Assembly: GCA_964016885.1 (NCBI GenBank)
Contig: OZ024740.1
Coordinates: 267,220,001 to 267,284,000 of the forward strand
Direction: 5' to 3'
Origin: Eledone cirrhosa
Taxonomy: Eukaryota
DNA length: 64,000 nucleotides
The translations under genes were made by a program, and so were the position numbers. Within the stretch, counting starts at the first letter, position 1, and the number at the start of each line of letters is the position of its first letter. The notes below the pieces were generated by a model. It ran no database searches, was not told the origin of the DNA, and saw nothing but the letters and a program-made list of their open reading frames with translations. Shown piece by piece: positions 52,077 to 64,000 of this stretch.

Positions 52077-53350
52077 CTAGCATTAAAGCCCGGCGTTGCT
52101 CGGGGTCATTAAGTTACCAAAGTTAGGTTGCACCACCCATTTTATGGCAGCACTTTTTTTGTCTGCCAGGCACTGGGTGAATGAATTGCAGACCTGGAAG
52201 CAGGAGCTGCGCCAGCAGTGACAATTGTAGTTTCGCCTATGGATATTATCTCTGTGCAAAAAAGTGTTGAAATTTATTGTTTCATAGTACTTGCGCAACA
52301 CGCGCGTAGACGATGCCAGCCGAACAACAGAGCTGCGATGGAGTTGTTCTGCATGGTTGTCTGTGTGTTTTCTAAATTTAAGACAGTAGGGAGGGTTGTG
52401 ATATGAGGGAGAGTTAGCTGTTGTTTCTAGCAGGTTTAGTGACCTCATAAAGGATATGTTTTCTAAATTTAAGACAGTAGGGAGTGGTGTGATATGGGGG
52501 AGAGTTAGCTGCTGTTTCTAGCAGGTTTAGTAACCTCATAGAGGATATGTGTTTTCTAAATTTAAGACAGTAGGGAGTGGTGTGATATGGGGGAGAGTTA
52601 GCTGCTGTTTCTAGCAGGTTTAGTGACCTCATAGAAGATATGTTTTCTAAATTTAAGACAGTAGGGAGGGGTGTGGTATGGGGGAGAGTTAGCTGCTGTT
52701 TCTAGCAGGTTTAGTGACCTCATAGAGGATATTATTGTTTATCATTATCTATAAAAGGCAGATTGTTGTTGTTGTTGAAGTGAGTGTGTGTTTGTATGCG
52801 TTTGGAAAAGAGCTTTTAAAAAAGATTTATGGCTTGTTGAATAAATGTATCTGTTGCTTTTGAATAATTGTCGTTTCGTATGAAATGTAATAATTGTTTC
52901 TACTTTTTTGGCACAAGGCCAGCAATTATTCAATACATTACTGGTACTTTATGTAATAATAAACGTTCTCTATCTCTCTCCCTTTCACTCTCTTCTCTCT
53001 CTCTCTTCGGCAATCACGTACGTTGTCAGATGATATGAGAGAGTAAAACGGACAGTATCACCATCAAGCTTGGAAAGAGAAAGTAGCAGAAAGTATGAAG
53101 TTGTATGGATTTTGAATGGTAGTGGAAAGAGTTTAGCAGTTTAAATGACAGAGAAAAATCGTAAAATATTGAGTTTTATCTATATTTTGCTTAATTGTGG
53201 GTGAAATTGAAAAAATTAGATGTGCCAAGACGCAATCGATGCTATTTCGAATACTGAATTGTAAATTTCAATTGAAGAAATTCTATATCGTAGATTTCTA
53301 TAAGAAAGGAGCATGACCACACACTGAGCTTTATAAATTATGATGATAGA
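52077..53350 (-). mobile_element. Non-autonomous Helitron inserted into a TATTTGTATACATA satellite
   Basis: Minus-strand 3' end cccgagcaacgccggg-ctttaatg-CTAG|T at 52104-52076. Candidate 5' end A|TCTATCATCATAATTTATAAAGCT at 53350. The same satellite continues on both flanks. Confidence 0.65.
52365..52730. repeat. Four tandem units of about 91 bp inside the Helitron
   Basis: Unit tgttttctaaatttaagacagtagggagtggtgtgatatgggggagagttagctgctgtttctagcaggtttagtgacctcatagaggata. Confidence 0.95.
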
Positions 53351-55221
53351 TATTTGTATACATATATACATATATATATATATGTATATATATGTATATA
53401 TATGTATATCTCTTACATTCCTGTCTTATTCATCTCTTTCTTTTCTATCTATTATATATCTTAAGTTTTGATTTTCTCTCTTCACATCTTTCTTTCCTCT
53501 TCATTGCTTAACTCCCAATCTCTCTATATTAACCCCCCCCCCCCCCCTCGCCCTTTGTTTTTAGTGTCTATCTTTAAGTCAGTAGCTTAGTTGATGTTTC
53601 TTAAAATTATTTATTTATCTTCTGAGTTATATTTTGCAGATACATTTTTTGGGGCCTTCCAAGACATAAATACCTTTAACTGTCTTTCAGATTGAAAACA
53701 AGACCAAGAGATTAACCCTTTAGCATTCAAACCAGCCGTATCCGGCCAGAAATGTCTCACCTCTTTCTGTTCAAACTGGCTGTAACTGGCCATTAATACT
53801 GTTGTGGCATTGTTCTCAAAATAAATAACATCAAAATCTCATAGATTCGATATTATGTGAGATAATTATATAAGATAAAGTGTTTACTACAAAAATACAA
53901 TAGTATATATATTGTGATGTGAATGCTAAAAAGTTAAAGGATCCAAATATTTTTAAATAAATAAATCTACTTTTTGTTTCACACTCATAATTGTTTCTAC
54001 TTTAGGCACAAGGCCAGCAATTTGATGGGGAGGGGGAAAGTCGATCAAATCGATACCACTGCATTACTGGTGCTTTATTTTATTTTATCGACCCCGTAAG
54101 GATGAAAGGCAAAGCTAACCTCAGCGAGATTTGAACTCAGAACGTAAAGGGCCGTAATTCTCTGCTGCAAAGCATGATGACTCATGCTCTACCAATACTA
54201 CAAATCCACCACACTCATAATGTATGTATGTATGTATGGTCCTGTAATTCTTGCTGGAGACATAGGGGTGCCATAATGACATTCAGTGCTTCTTTGGCAT
54301 TTTAAACCTGGCTGAGACCATCCCTCTCCAGGTCTGAAAGAGGGAGAGAGAGAAAGTGAAAAAGAAGAGACATAGAGGAAGAATTAACCGCAGTACTGGA
54401 CTGGTACTTTTTGTATTAATCTTGGAAGGATGAAAGTCAAAGTTGACCTTGGTGGGGTTTGAACTCAGAGAAAAGAAAGCCGGAAAGAATATTACGAAGC
54501 ATTCTATCTGATGTTCTAATAACTCTGCTAATTCACTGCCTCACACTCAAAATATTTCCAAACAATTCTGATTAATTTTGTAGCAGTGGCCTAGTGGTTA
54601 AGGTGTTTAACTTACAGTCATAAGCTTTTGGGTTCAATTTTTGAACCAGGTTGTGTATTGTGTTATTGAGCAAAATACTTTATTTCACATTGCTTTTCAT
54701 GATAGGAAGGCAATGAATTGGCAGAGTCATTGGAATGTCGATAGAGTGCTAGGTGGTATTCATTGGGTTCTCTGCTCTCTGAGTTCAAATCCTGCAAGGT
54801 CAACTTTGCCTTTAATCCTTTCGAGGTCAATAAAAAAGTATGAATCTAGATGCCATTTCTAACACCAACCACATTTGCAATGTGGACTGGGCACTTTTTG
54901 TTGTGGCACCAAAACGATACCTTTACAGTGAGGACTGGACATTTTTTGTTGTGTTTCCAACGTACCACCTTATAGGGTGGCATAGGCATTTATTGTTGTA
55001 TCATGTTGTTGGCATGACCACCCCACAAGGTGGGCTGGGTGCTTTTCGTGTACTCATAAGATATAAACTGGAAGTATTTCAGAAAATTGTTATCATATCT
55101 CATTCATTACTATTGTTGTGGTTGTTGTCTAGTAGGTCAGTCCCAATTGAGTTGATCTACAATCAGAGGCATTCTGGTCATTAACATTCCATATTTACAT
55201 TTGTATGTGTTTATTTGTTTA

Positions 55222-55365
55222 TCTCCTTATAATATATAACCAGCAATTTCTCTGTCTGTCTGTCCAACAGTGGAAACACGTGCGCGCGTGCGAATGTTTT
55301 TTGCGCACGCGTAGAGAGAGAGTGAGAGTGAAAGAAAGAGACAGACTACGAGAGGGGGATAGTGG

Positions 55366-55456
<91 letters not shown>

Positions 55457-55720
55457 TAGACGCTAAAACACGTGCGCGCGTGCGAATGTTTTTTGCGCAC
55501 GCGTAGAGAGAAAGTGAGAGTGAAAGAAAGAGACAGACTACGAGAGGGGGATAGTGGGAGGGAGAGAGGGAGAGAGAGAGAGTGAATAGACGCTAAAACA
55601 CGTGCGCCCGTGCGAATGTTTTTTGCGCACGCGTAGAGAGGGAGTGAGAGTGAAAGAAAGAGACAGACTACGAGAGGGGGATAGCGGGAGGGAGAGAGGG
55701 GGGAATTGAGGAGTGCTACA
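55222..55720 (+). mobile_element. Helitron-like 5' part with three CpG-rich tandem units
   Basis: A|TC start, tataatatataa then (CTGT)n. Units aaacacgtgcgcgcgtgcgaatgttttttgcgcacgcgtagagag... begin at about 55273, 55467 and 55597. Confidence 0.5.
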
Positions 55721-55930
55721 GAAACATATATACATTTCTGTGTGTGTGTAATATATATATATATATATACACACACAGAAATATATATATATATACACAC
55801 AGAAATATATATACATTTCTGTGTGTGTAATATATATATATATACACACACAGAAATATATATACATTTCTGTGTGTGTAATATATATATATACTAGCAG
55901 AAAACCGCCCACCGGGTGGTTTTCTGCTCG

Positions 55931-56733
55931 TCTATATATACATAAATAGCAATTTCTGTCTGTTTGTGTGTTTGTTTGTTTGTGAACCTAAAATTCAAAA
56001 ACTACCAAACCGATCTTGATGAAACTTGACACGTGTGTGGGGCTCATGCCCATTTGATTTCTTATGTATATTTCATTTTAATCAAAGGGTTCCCCGGGGG
56101 CTCAAACCCTCGCTGAAAATATTTTCCCTTCAATTTATATGAAATTTAAACCATAGGTAAATGATAAGATATGATACCTATTCACAAAATTTCAGCAATT
56201 TCAATAATATTAAGACACCCTAATGGGGGTTAAACCCCCTATAGTGAAAATTTTGGCCAATAAATGGAACAAGATTTCACAAACTCTTCCTCTGGTTTTG
56301 GAGATAGACCCCCATAACCATATATATTCTGAAACTGCATTGCCCAGGGTACTTGGATAAGTATATTCCATTTTAATCAAAGGGTACCCCGGGGGCACAA
56401 AACCCCTGCTGAAAATTTTTTCCCTTCGATTTATATGAAATTTAAACCATAGGTAAATGACAAGATATGATGCCTATTCACAAAATTTCAGCAAATTTCC
56501 CCCTAATAGGAGTTCTATTTCTTCCTTATAGCAACACTCAACTTCACTGACAAACATTTTTTCACCTGACCAATGCAATATTTGTTTGTATTATTGTTTT
56601 GTAAATTAATTTTTCTTCGCTTTTGATTATCTGTCCTATATTTTGATTTCATTTTTGGTCTAAGAAGCATTGGGCATTTTAATGGGAACTGGAAATACCC
56701 CCCACTCCAGATATTACTGGGCACCTCAGCTAG
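55931..56733 (+). mobile_element. Non-autonomous Helitron with an internal duplication of about 135 bp
   Basis: 5' TCTATATATACATAAA, (GTTT)n, ccgatcttgatgaaactt. 3' ccag-atatta-ctgg..CTAG|T at 56730-56734. Duplicated blocks at about 56067-56201 and 56361-56497. Confidence 0.65.
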
Positions 56734-57802
56734 TTATTAATATAATAGTGAGTGATCTGTAACCCCAAGTTAACAATGACTAAGCAGACCTAGAATCAAA
56801 GACATTCAATCTGTTAATGTGCCATATTTTTGTGTATCAGGAGCTGTATTTTCCAATATACACTTTCTTCTTTTAAAACATTGCAGGGTGTAATTTAAAG
56901 AAGATTTGGCTAGTATTTCTAGCAGGTTGAGCAAAGTTTTAAGGCCTTTCATGTTGGCTAGGTTCTCCTATTGTTCTTTCCAAGCGTGGAGGCTCATCAA
57001 ACTGGTGCTTATCCCGGTTTCATTGGCTTTAAGTGAATGAGAATAGAAGACTCCTCCCTCCTGGACAGGATGCCAGTCCATTGCAGGGTTAACCCCCAGC
57101 TACAGCCAGTAACACTGGAGCCATGTGAGATTAAGTGCTTTGCCAAAGATCACAATGCAACACCCAGTCCAGGAATGAAACCCATGACATGATTATTAGT
57201 CCACCACCCTAACCACTAAGCCATGTACCTGTATTGGCACTCCTACAGAATACAATAGTAGATGTTCTACCAGCTGTGTTTCAAATTTGAAAGAAGGCAG
57301 TGGCCAGGTATTGTACAGCAACACTTCTGACACCCAGCACCCAGTCATCCTTTGCTGGCTCTTTACTCAAGATTGCAACTCAGTTTAAATGATCAGCTGC
57401 CATATGCAGGCATAATTTGAATAACACCTGCAATTTAAATATATAAAGGAAACTCAATGAAATATGAGACATTCATGCAGAAATATTAACAGAGAGGGAG
57501 AGAGAGAGAGAGAGATGGAGGGAAGGAGAGAAGGGGAGAGAGAGAAGGAGAGAAGGGGAGAGAGAGAGAGAGAGAGAGAGCAATGATAAAACAAATATAG
57601 GTATGGTAGACAGATAGGAATGTGTGCATGTGTGTGTGGAATTATACACACTCACACATACATATATATAGTTACCTTCACACACATGGACACACATACA
57701 CATTCACAAAATTATATATTTCACCTTGGGAAAGTTTCTTGTACTATAGGCCCATCTCAATCAATGACTTGCATGTGAATTTGGTAAATTGTATCATATA
57801 TA

Positions 57803-59108
57803 CAGGGTGTGGATGATATTTGTTTGCAATTTTCAACTGCTAATTTTATGCAAATTATTTTAATTCCGTTGTCACTCTTGTCTTCATAAAAACAGTGACT
57901 ATATTTCCATTATTTATTTTCAGAATAATTGATTATGAATAATTTTGAACCTCCAAATTTGTGGAAGAGACACGGAGTTCTTCTTGGAATCCGTGCCGGG
58001 AGGAAAAATAAGGAAATTTCAGACTTTCTCAGCGTCAGCAGGAGAATGGTGGAAATAGTCAGAAAGGAATTGGAAGATTCAGGATTCGACTACGAAGCAA
58101 CATCAGAGAGGAAAACACATGATCAACGATCTGACGCCTTCAGAACGCCCAAGTTTGTCGCTGAAGTTCAGGATATCATCAACAATGAACCTAGCAAGTC
58201 GATGCGTGCCATTCCAAGGGAGAAAGGTGTGGATGAAAAGCTCATTAGGCTGGTGGTACATGAAGACATTCACTACGTTTCATACAAGATGAGGAAAGGA
58301 CAATTTCTGTCAAAGGCGATGCAAGAAAAGCAACTGAAGCATGCAAAGAAGCTGATCAACAAGTTGAAACACCCACTGGAGCCAGACATGCTGTAGTTTT
58401 TCTCTGACGAGAAAAACTTCTGCCAAGACCAGAAGATCAACTCCCAGAACAACAGGTGGCTCGCTGTCTCATCCAAAGACGTGCCCAGAGTCATGCAGAC
58501 AAAGTTTCCAGCGACAACATTGGCCTTAGGTGTCGTCAGCAGTCAATGTGACGTCATTCCACCTCACTTCTTCCCTGAGGGCCTCAAGCTGAACACTGAT
58601 GGCTACACCTGCGTTCTGAGCAAGGTAGTAAAGCCCTGGATCGACTAGGTAGCTGCAGGTAGGCCGTAAGTGTGGCAGCAAGACTCAGTGCCCTGTCATA
58701 CCAGCTGAAAGACCCAAGCCTGTCTGTCAGAGAACTTCGTCGACCACACTTCACCTGACATCTGGCCTCCCAGCTCGCCTGACTGCAACCCCCTCAACTT
58801 CTTTGTGTGGGGTGCAGTGGAACGAGACACCAACAGATCTAGCTGCAATACGAAAGATGATCTGAAGGCCAGGATCACAAGTGCCTTTAGGGACCTAAGT
58901 AGGGGGACAGTGACGAAGGCCTGTAGCCGGTTCCGAGGCTGCCTTAAGGCTGTCATCAAAGCCAATGGCGGGTTTATCGAGTGAGATCGAAAGAACAAGT
59001 CATAAAGACAAACTGACTCAAGTTTGATAAATATATCTTAAAAAATAAAACTACTGTGTTACTTTTTCCTAGACAGTAATCTTGCAAACAAATATCGTCC
59101 GCACCCTG
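57803..59108 (+). mobile_element. Full-length Tc1/mariner element, DD37D (maT-type), inactive
   Basis: TA|cagggtgtggatgatatttgtttgcaa ... ttgcaaacaaatatcgtccgcaccctg|TA; 27-bp TIRs with two mismatches. Confidence 0.92.
57935..58984 (+). pseudogene. DD37D transposase pseudogene (350 codons, no net frameshift, four in-frame stops)
   Basis: Motifs FSDEKNF, WQQDSVPCH and WPPSSPDCNPLNFFVW, with 37 residues between the second Asp and the third position (now Asn). Stops at 58394, 58646, 58667 and 58706. Confidence 0.9.
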
Positions 59109-59930
59109 TATATATATAGTTAATCCCGCTGAGGTTAACTTTGCCTTTCATCCTTACGGGGTGTACTGGGTAATTGCTGGCCTTGTGCCAAAAGTAGAAG
59201 CAATTATTATTATTATTATTATTTGTTTATCTAGGGTGGCGGATTGGCAGTGTCGGTAGAGGGTCGGACGTCATGCTTTGACGTATAGAGTTTCGGCCCT
59301 TGCCATTCTGAGTTCAAATCCTGCCGAGGTTAACTTTGCCTTTCATCCTTACGGGGTCGATAAAATAAAGTACCAGTAATGCACTGGGTAATTGCTGGCC
59401 TTGTGCCAAAAGTAGAAACAATTATTTATTTATCTATTTATTTATGTTCATACACAACAAAGGTGCTACTTAAGGTTTCAAGGCCTAATTTTGACCATCT
59501 CCCCAGATTGTGAAGGTAATCAAATGTGTAATGAGTTTGAAGATGCTGTTAAAAATATAGCACATTAGATACTTCTTAATGAAAACATATTATAACAAAG
59601 GGAAATAAATCAAAGATGTAAATTTGAAATGGCAAAGAAGGTGTATGTATGTTAATTTATATGCAATATAGCAGATGTATTGTATCATGTAGTGGTATGT
59701 AATGTAGAGATGTTTATATTTATTAAGCAATGGAGTTAAGTAATATAGGTTACTGTATTATGTAAGTGTGGAAAAAGGAAAGTTATTAAGAAAGTATATA
59801 AATCAATATTAATGTGGTTGAAAATCAGTTGAATTTGTTGAGTGTTTCCACTTAGTAAGGAGTTGACCTTTGAGATGTAGACATCCTCTAAAAATTGTGT
59901 TCTTTGAGTTCAAATAATTATTGCTTTGAG

Positions 59931-60015
<85 letters not shown>

Positions 60016-60204
60016 AAATGAAGCAACAGAGTCAGAAACTCACCTTAGTCCCTGTAATTCATGAGCTCAAAGGAAAAAGAATCCTGGGCTCTTCAAATAT
60101 AATATAAAGAAAACACACGAGAGAGAGAGTGTGTGTGTTAACCTAAAAAACACACACTCTCTCTCTTGTGTTTTCTTCTCTATATTGTATATTATTACAA
60201 CAGA

Positions 60205-60286
60205 GGTCTGATGAGCTTTTGATTCCAGAGTCAGGCTATTTCGATACAGATCGAACCTTGAGCTGATCAATAGTGAAACGCGCACC
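60205..60286 (+). ncRNA. Variant hammerhead motif with a 60-nt extended stem II
   Basis: ggt CTGATGA gc..ttgat..cag..tcagg..ttcgat-acag-atcgaa-ccttga..ctg-atcaa..gt GAAA cgcgc acc, AATAAA at 60294. Confidence 0.6.
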
Positions 60287-60342
60287 CCCAATCAATAAAT
60301 GTAATGAAGGCTTAACAAATTGTCCTTGTGTTATTATTATAT

Positions 60343-60600
60343 ATCATCATCATCATCATTTTTCGTCTGCTTTTCCCTGCTTGCAAGGGTGAGACAGGAA
60401 CTGATTCTTGCTTGATTTCTACAGCTGGATGCCCTTCCTAACACCAACCTCATTTACAGTGAGTGCTGCATGCTTTTTTGCCGAGGCACCTCCACGACCA
60501 TTTTGCAGTGGAATGATAGGGACCCCAGTCCTATTATCTCATATCTACAGCTGAGTAAACTGGAGCAATGTGAAATAAAGTGTCTTGCTCAGGGAAACAA
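60343..60600 (-). mobile_element. SINE family B, 5'-truncated
   Basis: Matches the core and tail of 41412-41755 and lacks the tRNA head. Confidence 0.85.
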
Positions 60601-60812
60601 TATGTATATATATATATAATTGTATGCCCACCTTTCATGTGGCCATAGGTTGGATAACCTCATCTTGCTTATACGTTCCATATTTTGGCATGATTTCTAT
60701 GGCCGGATGCCCTTCATAATGCCAACTGGCACAAGCAATATCACTTTACAGAGTGTACTGGGTGCATTTTAACATAGTATTGCCATTCACACTCACAGAG
60801 TATGTTGGGTGC

Positions 60813-60971
<159 letters not shown>

Positions 60972-61075
60972 GTATGTATGTATATTTATGAGAGAGACAG
61001 AACAAGCAATATATAAACATGCTGGGATGATTGGGAATAAAACTATGGCAATAGGAAAAGTGGAAAATACAGGTG

Positions 61076-61112
<37 letters not shown>

Positions 61113-61329
61113 TATGATTATAGAAAATACAGAGAGACAGCCATAGGAAGAGGGAGAGATATAGTGAGTATAAGGTGTGGTTAGGAGGGAGTAAAGGGAG
61201 AAAAAAATTAAGAAGACAAAAAAAAAAGCAACTAGCTTTGAAGAGGCCAACAAGATGAAGAGAAAAAGCAAAGCTATAATTACACCATCATCTCTCAACC
61301 ACCCCAACACTACCATGCACTCCTATTCA

Positions 61330-63770
61330 TCATCACCATATATCTACCACAGTCACTACTGCCACCACTCCAGCAGCAGCAGCAGCAGCAGCAGCAAGAA
61401 CAGTACCACCACCACCATCACCACCATAACCACCACCACCACCACCATAACCATCATCATCATCATCATCATCATCAACAGAACTGCCACCACTACTACA
61501 TTATAAACATCATCATCATTACCATCATTATTTCCATTTTCATCCCCCCCCCCACTACCGCTACAATCATCATCATCATCATCATCACAGTAACCATTAC
61601 CATCCTCACCAACAAAACTGTGTTTACCATTCAATATCCACCACCACTATATTATAATCATCATCATTACTCCTCCCCTCCCCTCCACCACCCTCACCAT
61701 CATCTCCATTACCACCACCACCACCACCATCTCCACCACCACCACCTTCACAATTATTATCATCATCATCATCATTACTATAATCCTCCACCCTCTCCCT
61801 TCTTCAACATCGCCACCACCATCTCCACCACCACCACCATCTCCACCACCACCACCTTCACAATTATCATCATCATCATCATTACTATAATCCTCCACCC
61901 TCTCCCTTCTCCAACACCACCACCACCACCACCACCACCACCACCACCACCTTCACAATTATCATCATCATCATCATCATCATCATCATTATTATTATAA
62001 TCCTCCACCCTCTCCCTTCTCCAACACCACCACCACCACCACCACCACCACCATCTCCACCACCTTCACAATTATCATCATCATCATCATCATCATTATT
62101 ATAATCCTCCACCCTCTCCCTTCTCCAACATCACCAACACTACCACCACCACCACCACCACCTATACCACCACCACCACCACCACCATCTCCACCACCAC
62201 CACCACCACCTTTACAATTATCATCATCATCATCATCATCATCACCATGAGAGACTGCAGACAGTAAAGATTAGTATGTGATAGCAAAACCCTACAAGGT
62301 TGCTGCCATATGAAACAGGGATATTTTAGGCAAGCTGCTAATTATCATCTTTGTAATATAGTAACAGAAGCAAAACTGTGATAGAAAATAGCATCTGCTC
62401 ATGGTGACGGTTGTGATGATGGTGGTGATGGTGGTGGTGGTGGTGGTGGTGGTGGTGGTGGTGGTGGTTGTGGTGATAGTTGTGGTGGTGGTGGTGGTTG
62501 TGGTGATAGTTGTGGTGGTGGTGGTGGTGGTGGTGGTTGTGGTTGTGGTGATAGTTGTGATGGTGGTGGTGGTGGTGGTGGTGGTGGTGGTGGTTGTGGT
62601 GATAGTTGTGATGGTGGTGGTGGTTGTGGTGATGGTGGTGGTGATAGTTGTGATGGTGGTGGTGGTGGTGGTGGTGGTTGTGGTGATGGTGGTGGTGATA
62701 GTTGTGATGGTGGTGGTGGTGGTGGTGATGATGGTGATGGTGGTGGTGGTGGTGGTGATGGTGGTGGTGGTGGTGGTGGTGATGGTGGTGGTGGTGGTTG
62801 TGGTGATAGTTGTGATGGTGGTGGTGGTGGTGATAGTTGTGATGGTGGTGATAGTTGTGATGGTGGTGGTGGTGATGATGGTGATGGTGGTGGTGGTGGT
62901 GGTGGTGATGATGGTGATGGTGGTGGTGGTGGTGGTGGTGGTGATGGTGGTGATGGTGGTGATGATGGTTGTGGTAATTGTGATGGTTGTGATGGTGCTG
63001 ATGGTGATGGTTGTGATAGTGGTGTTGATAGTGATGATGGTGGTGGTGGTGATGGTGATGGTTGTGGTGATAGTGGCGGTGATGGTGGCAGTGATGGTGG
63101 TGGAGGTGGTGACGGTGGTTGTGGTGATGGTGGTGATGGTGATGGTGGTTGTGGTGATGGTGGTGATGACGGTGGTGATGGCAGTGGTGATGGCGGCGGT
63201 GGTGGTGGTGGTGGTGATGGTGATGGTTGTGATAGGGGTGATGGTTGTGATGTTAGTGATCATGGTAGTATTGATGGTGAATGTAATGGTTGTGATGGCA
63301 GTGATGGTGAATGTAATGGTTGTGATGGCAGTGATGGTGGTGATGGTTGTGATGATGATAATATTGATGGTTATTGTAATGTAGGAGATGGCTATGGTGA
63401 TGACGGTGATTGTGATACTGTTGACAGTGATTGTGACAGTGTTGATGATTGTGATGACAGTGATGGTGGTGATGACAATTGGTGATTTGTGATGCTTTTA
63501 TCCAGAGTCAATAAAATAAAGTACTAATCAAGTACTAGGGAGCTATATAACTGGTTGTTATCATCATCATCCTTACCGTCCCCATCACTACCATCATCCT
63601 CATCACCATCACCATCATTTCCATCACCATCACTATCATCGCCCTCATCCTCACTATCATCATCATCATCATCATTACCATTACCATCACCATTACTACC
63701 CTCGACCCCATCACCATCAATCATCATCATCGTCATCGTCATCGTCATCATCATCATCATCACCATCATC
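61330..63770. repeat. Trinucleotide satellite blocks: (CCA/CAT)n 61330-62248, (GGT/GAT)n 62401-63480, (CAT)n 63560-63770
   Basis: Visible directly in the sequence. The first block has a higher-order unit containing ataatcctccaccctctcccttct. Confidence 0.95.
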
Positions 63771-64000
63771 TTTTAACGTCCATTTTGCCTTGCTTGCATG
63801 AGTTTAGACAGGTTGTCACATTATGAATAAAGTCAGATCAGGTGACCACGTCTTACTTATGTATCTTGGCTTGGTTTCTACAGCTGGGTGTCCTTCCTAA
63901 CATCAAACATGCTGCATTGGGGACTGGGCACTTTTAATTGTGGCACCAAAATGACTGACTTACAAGGTGGACTTGGAGCCTTTTCATCATGTCACCATCA

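Noticed and set aside
52365-52730. CRISPR-like regular array
   Set aside because: The units are near-identical along their whole length with no unique spacers, no cas genes, and a eukaryotic context.
62292-63384. Thr-rich and Val-rich ORFs over 320 aa
   Set aside because: Pure (GGT/GAT)n repeat.

Overview
This is AT-rich, repeat-dense animal DNA. The SINE, MITE and microsatellite repertoire suggests an octopod cephalopod, which is an inference from recalled repeat families, not a database match. One protein-coding gene can be built on the minus strand from three phase-compatible exons (31085-31203, 21447-22510, 8264-8350). It encodes an unrecognised 422-aa protein with a single C-terminal hydrophobic segment. 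The rest is (TA)n/(CA)n/(GA)n and trinucleotide satellite, two tRNA-headed SINE families, RTE-type LINE fragments, a full-length dead DD37D Tc1/mariner element, hAT, piggyBac, mariner and pogo-like MITEs, and non-autonomous Helitrons. The most striking signal is about a dozen minimal type I hammerhead ribozyme motifs (CTGAnGA...GAAA...NTH, usually followed by AATAAA) in short non-coding cassettes next to (TA)n tracts. Two of these cassettes are near-perfect inverted duplications that pair a ribozyme with its own antisense copy, and several have a greatly extended stem II. This resembles Penelope-like element termini, but no Penelope ORF was recognised. Almost all long ORFs in the supplied track are microsatellite artefacts. 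Coordinates were read by eye and repeat boundaries may be off by a few bases.
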